DNA of 54,616 nucleotides from a virus (taxonomy: Duplodnaviria > Caudoviricetes): IMG/VR virus record IMGVR_UViG_3300042448_002124, positions 1-54,616 of that record; one strand, written 5' to 3'. Positions 48,609 through 54,616 of the stretch are shown in pieces. The notes below the pieces were generated by a model. It searched no databases. It worked only from the letters and a program-made list of their open reading frames with translations, and was not told the DNA's origin. Each line of letters starts with the position of its first letter. Position 1 is the stretch's first letter. Made by a program: the position numbers and the translations under genes.

Positions 48609-49133
48609 ATGTCAAACAATTGGTATGTGTTAAAAGTAACACCAGGAAAAGAAAGACAAATGAGCGATCATTTTAATACCTTAATATCTTTAGGTCGAAT
48701 GGAATATGTAACTAGATTTATATGTCCTACCGAAAGAGAGGTTGTAACAACTAAGAAAAAGAAAACTTACAGAGATAGGGTTTTGTATAATGGGTACCTA
48801 TATTTCGAGGCCCAAAACAAACTGAATGACGAGGAGTTAAAAGAAATATCTGTTTTCCCTTCTGTTATGTCTATGTTAGGGGATAAAAGACCAAAACTAA
48901 TGGGCCCGGTTGATATACAAAAAATAATCAAAGACGATAAACTAGACCTACATAGAGAAAACAAATTAGTGGCGTTTATGATTGGTGAAGAAGTGACATT
49001 GACAGATGGTCCATTTACATCATTTGTTGGTACAATAACGGATATAAAAGGTGATAAAGTTACTTTAAATGTTAGAATTTTCGGTAGATTTACATCGGTA
49101 ACAATTGATATTGAACACATTAAAAAGACATAG
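48609..49133 (+). CDS. nusG: NusG-family transcription elongation/antitermination factor
   Basis: NGN domain WYVLKVTPGKE...LYNGYLYFE and KOW domain GEEVTLTDGPFTSFVGTI...VRIFGRFTSV. Confidence 0.9.
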   Translation: MSNNWYVLKVTPGKERQMSDHFNTLISLGRMEYVTRFICPTEREVVTTKKKKTYRDRVLYNGYLYFEAQNKLNDEELKEISVFPSVMSMLGDKRPKLMGPVDIQKIIKDDKLDLHRENKLVAFMIGEEVTLTDGPFTSFVGTITDIKGDKVTLNVRIFGRFTSVTIDIEHIKKT

Positions 49134-49134
49134 A

Positions 49135-49431
49135 ATGGCGAGTCCAGAAGTATTAATTTATGTTGATCGAGTTAAATCATTTTTCAAAACAAATGATGAG
49201 GCGCGTGACTACTTTATTAACGATAGCGACGAAACTAAATTCTATGAGCACTTACTTGATATTTCAGAAAAAAATTATAAAACAAACGGAGAACCAGAAC
49301 TAACAAAAGAACAATTAGAATTACTAAGAGTAACTTTAATTGCTGAAAAAATAACCAAACAGAATTATTTTTATAGTGAAGACGGGTTATTTTTTTTCTA
49401 TGAAAATTACGATCCGATTTGTATGAATTAA
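49135..49431 (+). CDS. Hypothetical protein
   Basis: ATG 49135 one base after the nusG stop. Confidence 0.6.
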   Translation: MASPEVLIYVDRVKSFFKTNDEARDYFINDSDETKFYEHLLDISEKNYKTNGEPELTKEQLELLRVTLIAEKITKQNYFYSEDGLFFFYENYDPICMN

Positions 49432-49467
49432 TTTCTTATTTTCATTTTTTTTACGTATATTAGACCC

Positions 49468-50529
49468 ATGAAAAGAATATTCCCAGAAGATTTATACTTG
49501 TATGAATCGTCATATGGTTCAGACCAACCAACAGAACAACTTTTTTTATTTTATTTCGACTCAATTGTTTCTAAAGAAGTAGGTAGAGAATTATATACTC
49601 CAAAATTGTTTGATTACCTAACAGAAAATGGTTTTATATTAGATTGTAAGGTTATAAGAAATAGAAAACATGACATGCAAAAAGATTTTGTTTATGTTAA
49701 TAAACAAAAACATATTATAATAAAGGCCTCTGGCATGACTGAGCGAGATGCCAATTTATTTATGGTAGAATTTCTTTATGATATTAAAAAGGGTGAGTTA
49801 AGTGCTCAATTAGATTTTTTAGAAATTAAAAAATTCCAAAGGGAAAGAAAAAAAGGTAACATATCGTTAGTTAGAAGTGAGATGGGCCATCTAGATACTC
49901 AGGAATATGATTTAGATATTGCCGATATGGACTTAGGGTTAAATTATGGCGAAGATTTCATAAAAGTACATGATGTTATAATTGAGAAATTAAACAAACC
50001 AAAAGGTAAGGGTATTATTTTATTGCATGGTGATCCAGGTACTGGGAAAACTTCATATTTAAAATATCTAACTAAATTAGTTAAAGAAAAGGATATTTTA
50101 TTCATACCACCTTCATTAGCCGAGGCATTATCAGAGCCAAGTATTATTCCATTTTTAATGGAACATAAAGATAGTATTTTAATTATTGAAGATGCTGAAA
50201 GAGTAATTGCTGATAGAGAAGGTAGTGGTTCACAAGCAGGAGTTTCCAATGTACTTAATATTACTGACGGAATTCTCGGTGATTGCTTAAACATTCAAAT
50301 TGTTGCGACATTCAATATGAAAAGAGAAAGAATTGATCAAGCACTATTAAGAAAAGGTAGATTAATTGCAGAACATAAATTTGAAAAATTAACACTAGAC
50401 GGAACAAACGCATTATTAAAAAGTTTAGGTAAAGATGTGATTTCCGATAAACCAATGACATTAGCCGATATATATAACGTAGAGGTTGAATTAATAAAAA
50501 CAAAAACAACAAATAAAATAGGATTCTAA
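49468..50529 (+). CDS. AAA+ ATPase (classical/BCS1-like)
   Basis: Walker A LHGDPGTGKT, Walker B LIIEDAE, second region of homology IDQALLRKGRL. Confidence 0.88.
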   Translation: MKRIFPEDLYLYESSYGSDQPTEQLFLFYFDSIVSKEVGRELYTPKLFDYLTENGFILDCKVIRNRKHDMQKDFVYVNKQKHIIIKASGMTERDANLFMVEFLYDIKKGELSAQLDFLEIKKFQRERKKGNISLVRSEMGHLDTQEYDLDIADMDLGLNYGEDFIKVHDVIIEKLNKPKGKGIILLHGDPGTGKTSYLKYLTKLVKEKDILFIPPSLAEALSEPSIIPFLMEHKDSILIIEDAERVIADREGSGSQAGVSNVLNITDGILGDCLNIQIVATFNMKRERIDQALLRKGRLIAEHKFEKLTLDGTNALLKSLGKDVISDKPMTLADIYNVEVELIKTKTTNKIGF

Positions 50530-50834
50530 TGGAATTATTAACAACAGAGCAGTTAAAAGAAAGACAAAATAACGGAGAGAAGTTAATGGTAGATTTTTTC
50601 GCCACATGGTGTGGCCCATGCAAAGCACTTTTACCAAGGTTAGAAAGAATGGAGAGTGAATATCCGGATGTTAAATTTGTAAAGATTAATGTTGACGAGA
50701 ATATGGAATATGCTGGAGAAATTGGAATTAGATCAGTACCAACTGTAGCATTCTTTAATGGTAATAACTTAATCACTATGAGCGTTGGTGCAAATACCGA
50801 TGGATTTTATAAAGATATCTTAAGTAAATTGTAA
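50529..50834 (+). CDS. trxA: Thioredoxin
   Basis: VDFFATWCGPCK and IRSVPT. Confidence 0.93.
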   Translation: MELLTTEQLKERQNNGEKLMVDFFATWCGPCKALLPRLERMESEYPDVKFVKINVDENMEYAGEIGIRSVPTVAFFNGNNLITMSVGANTDGFYKDILSKL

Positions 50835-50835
50835 T

Positions 50836-51108
50836 ATGTATAACGTTAATGTCTTTACACTAAATGGTTGTAGTCATTGTGTGGAACTTAAAAACATACT
50901 AAAAGAAAACAAAATAGAGTTTATTGAATTTGAAATAACTCAAAACAAAGAAGTTTTTGATGAAATAATCAAATTAACTGGTCATAACTCTTTACCAACA
51001 ACTTTCTTACAAGATCCAGAAACAAACTCTGGTCCGGTATTTGTGCCCGGTAGGGACTACAAAAGCAAGGAAGAATTGCTTGAAAAGATACAAAAATTGT
51101 TAAAGTAA
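50836..51108 (+). CDS. Glutaredoxin/NrdH-like redoxin
   Basis: VFTLNGCSHC...TGHNSLPT, 90 aa. Confidence 0.82.
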   Translation: MYNVNVFTLNGCSHCVELKNILKENKIEFIEFEITQNKEVFDEIIKLTGHNSLPTTFLQDPETNSGPVFVPGRDYKSKEELLEKIQKLLK

Positions 51109-51119
51109 AAATTATTTTT

Positions 51120-51148
51120 AAAAAGGAGATGTAAAAATCTCCTTTTTT
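51120..51148. terminator. Intrinsic terminator, potentially bidirectional
   Basis: AAAAAGGAGAT-gtaaaa-ATCTCCTTTTTT. Confidence 0.8.
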
Positions 51149-51198
51149 CATACCTAGAAACAGAATAAAAGTATTTATGTTAAAGTAACATAATATAG

Positions 51199-51921
51199 AT
51201 GCCTTTACAACAGATTAACTGGTTACAGATTGACACCCAGACAATACCTTCCGGTTCCCAGATCACATTAGGGGGACCCGACAATCGTTTTGAAGCAGTT
51301 TATGCTAAAAATTTAAACACTTCAGGTTCTTTATTAATTACTGGTAGCATAGAAACTACCGGAGACCTATTCGTTGGTGGTAATCTTACTGTTGCTGGTA
51401 CAACCACAGCCGTAAATTCAACTATAATTGAATTAGGTGACAATATCATTGCTTTAAATGGTACCGAAGGAGCATTTGCGGGTATCCAGGTAAATGATCC
51501 AACAAACCCAAACAAGATTTCCGGTTCATTATTGTGGGATACTCTAGAAGATTACTGGATCGCTGGCCCTTCTGGTAGTGAACAAAGAATTATCCTAGAA
51601 GACGAATTCTTGGCCCTTTCTTCATCAATAAGCACTAGTGGTATATGGCAAGAAACGGGTTCATTCTGGTCAGCAAATTCCGATTTACAGGTTACTGGCT
51701 CTATGATAATCAAAGGTGATTTAAGAGTAGAAGGAACAACAACATTGATACAAACAGTTGACCCTAATATGGAGTCATTAATAGTTTCTGGTGCAATGAG
51801 TATTGTTAAAAATCAAATAAACACACAGATGGTTTCGGCGTCACTTGCAATTGAAAACTTAGGAACGATTGCTGACAGAAGTAAATTTGCGGTAATTGAC
51901 TGTGGAGATGGGTTTTTCTAA
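51199..51921 (+). CDS. Tail fibre-like structural protein
   Basis: (S/T)GS-rich beta repeats; IELGDNIIALN...SLLWD..EDYW module. Confidence 0.65.
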   Translation: MPLQQINWLQIDTQTIPSGSQITLGGPDNRFEAVYAKNLNTSGSLLITGSIETTGDLFVGGNLTVAGTTTAVNSTIIELGDNIIALNGTEGAFAGIQVNDPTNPNKISGSLLWDTLEDYWIAGPSGSEQRIILEDEFLALSSSISTSGIWQETGSFWSANSDLQVTGSMIIKGDLRVEGTTTLIQTVDPNMESLIVSGAMSIVKNQINTQMVSASLAIENLGTIADRSKFAVIDCGDGFF

Positions 51922-51964
51922 TTAAAAATAAAGTATTTATATAAAAACAACTAAATCATAACAA

Positions 51965-53875
51965 ATGGCACAAATAATTAAACACAGAAGGGGTGGGATC
52001 ACGCAACTTAAAGACGTTACGGCGAGGATAGGTGAAGTGGTGATGGCTACCGGTTCAATAAGTGACTTAAACGGTCCCTTTTTATTCGTCGGTGAATCCG
52101 AAGGTGTTCAAGGCGCTTATCGTCCAGCATCTAAGATCTACCAAGGAACAACAGCACCCACTTTATCAGCGGGTTCACATGGTTCAGTTTTAGACGGAAC
52201 CCCGTTCTATGCTGCTGGAAACAAATCATTTTACATCTTAAGCCAAGCAGGTAACAGTAAGATAGATTTAACAGGTAATATCGAAGGAAATACAATTTCT
52301 GGCGTTACCGTTAATAACTTAACTGGTAGCATCGGTACTTTCTCTACATATGTGTCAGCATCTGCGGTAAACGTTACAGGTAATACCCAAATTGGTGGTA
52401 CTTTAACTGTTCAAGGTGTAACAAGTATCAACAACGACTTATCAGCATCTGCGGTAAACGTTACAGGTAATACCCAAATTGGTGGAACTTTAACTGTTGA
52501 AGGCGTAACAAGTATTAACGATGATTTATACATAACAGGTAACACATATCAAACCGGTTCAATTTATCTTACTGGTGATGTTATTATGTCTGGTAGCATC
52601 AATATCGGTGATAACATTAACACAGACATTATTAATTTCCAAGGTGAAGTTAGTTCATCAATCCTTCCACAAACAAATAACGCATTCGACTTAGGTTCAC
52701 CAACAAACGCTTGGCAAGATCTTTATGTTAGTGGAACAGCGTATATTGAAAATATTAATATTGGTGGAATTAGTACAACTGATTTATCACTTCCTGGCGA
52801 TTTAACCGTAAGCGGCACAACAATATTGTCTGGTTCAGTTTACGTTGAGGATTTAACTCAAAAAAGATTGGTTGTTGTTGGTGCGGATGGTTTATTAACC
52901 GATTATAGTGGTTTAACTTTCGATAATGGTAACTTAAATGTTTCAGGAGCAATCGAAGTAACAAATATTCAAGGTACTGGTTCATTATATTTGAAACCTG
53001 ACCAAGCCGACGGAAGATATTTTGAAATTTATAACACAGGTGCAAGTGATACGCACATTAAATCTAGTGGTGGCTTAAGTTTCTTTGGTGATGATACGAA
53101 CTACTTAAAAGTCGACGACTATTCACAAACAGTAACAATTGTTGGTGTAAATGGTGTAAACATTAGTTCTTCATTAACTGTTACTGGGGCAACAACAATA
53201 CATGGTGATGAAACCGTTAATGGTATTTTAACTGTTACAGGTAACACTCAATTAGGTGGTAACTTATACATTTCTGGAACATTAGAGGTTTTAGGTTCTG
53301 CAACTGAAGTACATATTCAATCACAAGTTGTTGAGTTAGATGATAATATCATTAGATTAAACGCTTACTCTCCATTTGAAAGATATGCTGGATTTGAAGT
53401 TATGGATTCTGGATCAACTGGAATTTCCGCTTCAATGGTTTGGGATTCATTAAATGACTATTGGATGTTTGTTTCTGCAAGTGGTCAATCAAGCAAATTA
53501 GTTGGTACAACAGCGGGAACATATGGTTCAGAAGTTAGTTTAACAACAAATAGTTTAACAAAAGCAACTGGCGCTAATACAATTGGTGATAGTTTATTGT
53601 TTGACGATGGTACAACATTATCTTACAACACAAACAAGTTCATTGTAACAGGATCAACTGGTGAAACCTTAATTTTCGGTAACGTAACATTAAGTGCTGG
53701 TGGCGGAGCGGATGCTGGAACTAGCACATCAGCGATTATGTTTAGAAACTCATCTAACGTTCTTGGATATGTATCAACAACTACATCAACAGTTGAAACT
53801 GTTGGTTTGCTTGGATATAGACAATCTAATGGAGCGTTAATATTCTCAGATTTAATCGACGGAGGATCATATTAA
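51965..53875 (+). CDS. Tail fibre-like structural protein
   Basis: MAQIIKHRRG..GEVV N-terminus, G.L.V.G beta repeats, VELDDNIIRLN...SMVWD..NDYW and C-terminal IDGGSY. Confidence 0.7.
   Translation: MAQIIKHRRGGITQLKDVTARIGEVVMATGSISDLNGPFLFVGESEGVQGAYRPASKIYQGTTAPTLSAGSHGSVLDGTPFYAAGNKSFYILSQAGNSKIDLTGNIEGNTISGVTVNNLTGSIGTFSTYVSASAVNVTGNTQIGGTLTVQGVTSINNDLSASAVNVTGNTQIGGTLTVEGVTSINDDLYITGNTYQTGSIYLTGDVIMSGSINIGDNINTDIINFQGEVSSSILPQTNNAFDLGSPTNAWQDLYVSGTAYIENINIGGISTTDLSLPGDLTVSGTTILSGSVYVEDLTQKRLVVVGADGLLTDYSGLTFDNGNLNVSGAIEVTNIQGTGSLYLKPDQADGRYFEIYNTGASDTHIKSSGGLSFFGDDTNYLKVDDYSQTVTIVGVNGVNISSSLTVTGATTIHGDETVNGILTVTGNTQLGGNLYISGTLEVLGSATEVHIQSQVVELDDNIIRLNAYSPFERYAGFEVMDSGSTGISASMVWDSLNDYWMFVSASGQSSKLVGTTAGTYGSEVSLTTNSLTKATGANTIGDSLLFDDGTTLSYNTNKFIVTGSTGETLIFGNVTLSAGGGADAGTSTSAIMFRNSSNVLGYVSTTTSTVETVGLLGYRQSNGALIFSDLIDGGSY
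52355..52528 (+). repeat. 87-nt (29-aa) tandem duplication in the fibre gene
   Basis: SASAVNVTGNTQIGGTLTV(Q/E)GVTSIN(N/D)DL at 52355 and 52442, near-identical DNA. Confidence 0.92.
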
Positions 53876-53898
53876 TAAGAAAAATTAAATAAAATGAG

Positions 53899-53927
53899 AG
53901 GGGAACTTAAAACGTTCCCCTTTTTTT
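53899..53927 (+). terminator. Intrinsic terminator
   Basis: AGGGGAAC-ttaaaac-GTTCCCCT plus a T run, directly followed by TATTTAT at 53930. Confidence 0.82.
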
Positions 53928-53940
53928 GATATTTATTGGT

Positions 53941-54063
53941 ATGGCAATAATAATGACAGAGGGTTTTGTTCTAACAATCACAGAGGTAAATGGATTACTG
54001 TTAACCGAAGATAATGTTATTATAATAAGTCAAGATGACGAACAATTACAACCTAACGAATAA
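53941..54063 (+). CDS. 40-aa acidic peptide (not in the ORF track)
   Basis: MAIIMTEGFVLTITEVNGLLLTEDNVIIISQDDEQLQPNE; TATTTAT 4 nt upstream; TAATG-coupled to the next gene. Confidence 0.55.
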   Translation: MAIIMTEGFVLTITEVNGLLLTEDNVIIISQDDEQLQPNE

Positions 54064-54616
54064 TGGGAAATAGAAAGATAGACCAATTACCAAATTATAC
54101 AGGTGACACCAGCGGTGTTCACGTTGTAATGAACAACGCAAGTAACACAACAACTTATACTGTAACAAAAGAGACATTTTTGGATGGAAATAATACGTTT
54201 CATGGTAATCAAGTTATAACAGGTTCTTTTAATGTAAGTGGTTCAACAACATTTAAAGGTAATCATAATTTAAGTGGTAGTAACACAATTGTAGGTAACA
54301 CTCTTATGACAGGAACCAATACAATTGTAGGTAATACCGTAATTAGCGGTAGTATTGAAGTGAGTGGTAGTTCTAATTTCCATAATTCAATATTCATTGT
54401 AACAGGTTCACAATACCTAACAGGTTCACAGTGGATAACGGGTTCATTAAATGTATATGGTGATATTGATGTGGTGAGTGGTTCATCATTTACCCGATGG
54501 GGAAATAAATTATTCAACTACGGACAATGGTATTCATTACAAACACAAAGTGGTTCGGCAGATACGGTATATCCTATGCGATTTGAAGTACCTACTGATT
54601 TATCTGGTACCTATGT
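54063..54616 (+). CDS. Tail fibre-like protein, 3' end outside the window (not in the ORF track)
   Basis: MGNRKIDQLPNYTG...NTFHGNQVITGSFNVSGS... open to the window end, with TGS/SGS repeats. Confidence 0.75.
   Translation, partial: MGNRKIDQLPNYTGDTSGVHVVMNNASNTTTYTVTKETFLDGNNTFHGNQVITGSFNVSGSTTFKGNHNLSGSNTIVGNTLMTGTNTIVGNTVISGSIEVSGSSNFHNSIFIVTGSQYLTGSQWITGSLNVYGDIDVVSGSSFTRWGNKLFNYGQWYSLQTQSGSADTVYPMRFEVPTDLSGTY

Noticed and set aside
881-54517. Numerous short antisense or alternate-frame ORFs in the track (e.g. 881-1189, 15944-16483, 20291-20569, 41099-41533, 50312-50776)
   Set aside because: They are fully nested in well-supported genes, lack motifs or promoter signals, and are explained as shadows of codon bias or repeats.
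1-54616. tRNA, rRNA, introns or inteins
   Set aside because: No cloverleaf with a T-loop GTTCRA in an intergenic gap was seen; the RNR, primase, helicase fragment and SbcC are uninterrupted and of ordinary length. Not verified with tRNAscan-SE or Infernal.

Overview
AT-rich, gene-dense fragment of a large (jumbo/huge) contractile-tailed dsDNA phage. It reads cleanly in genetic code 11 and is almost all on the + strand. A Bacteroidota host is inferred from TAnnTTTG boxes, scarce Shine-Dalgarno sites, an Hc1-type histone-like gene, a DUF6576-like tail and a Gln-after-signal-peptide protein. Gene order: DnaB-like helicase (5' cut) and class II ribonucleotide reductase; a ~25 kb baseplate/tail block (gp25-like, gp6-like, a 2400-aa gp7/gpI-like protein and three followers with very long Thr-Pro-Thr tracts and Cys-clamped lectin-like domains); RuvC-like resolvase, primase, PD-(D/E)XK nuclease, SbcD/SbcC, DHH-like protein, ClpP; envelope/lysis candidates; a sigma factor; a degenerate amidase; acidic head-type proteins; Hc1, NusG, AAA ATPase, thioredoxin, glutaredoxin; tail-fibre genes. 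The most notable signals lie outside the ORF track: (1) a stand-alone Zn-ribbon gene whose transcript ends pair in a 15-bp long-range stem and whose leader folds into a three-way junction; (2) a ~70-nt small RNA with its own promoter motif and terminator upstream of primase; (3) a start-less 113-codon Thr-Pro ORF reachable only by a -1 shift at an A10/A_AAA_AAG site; (4) a pseudoknot-capable RNA element after nrdJ; (5) a two-class promoter code (TATTTAT versus (G)TATATT) implying many leaderless mRNAs. All family calls are from motif recognition by eye; no database searches or folding programs were run.
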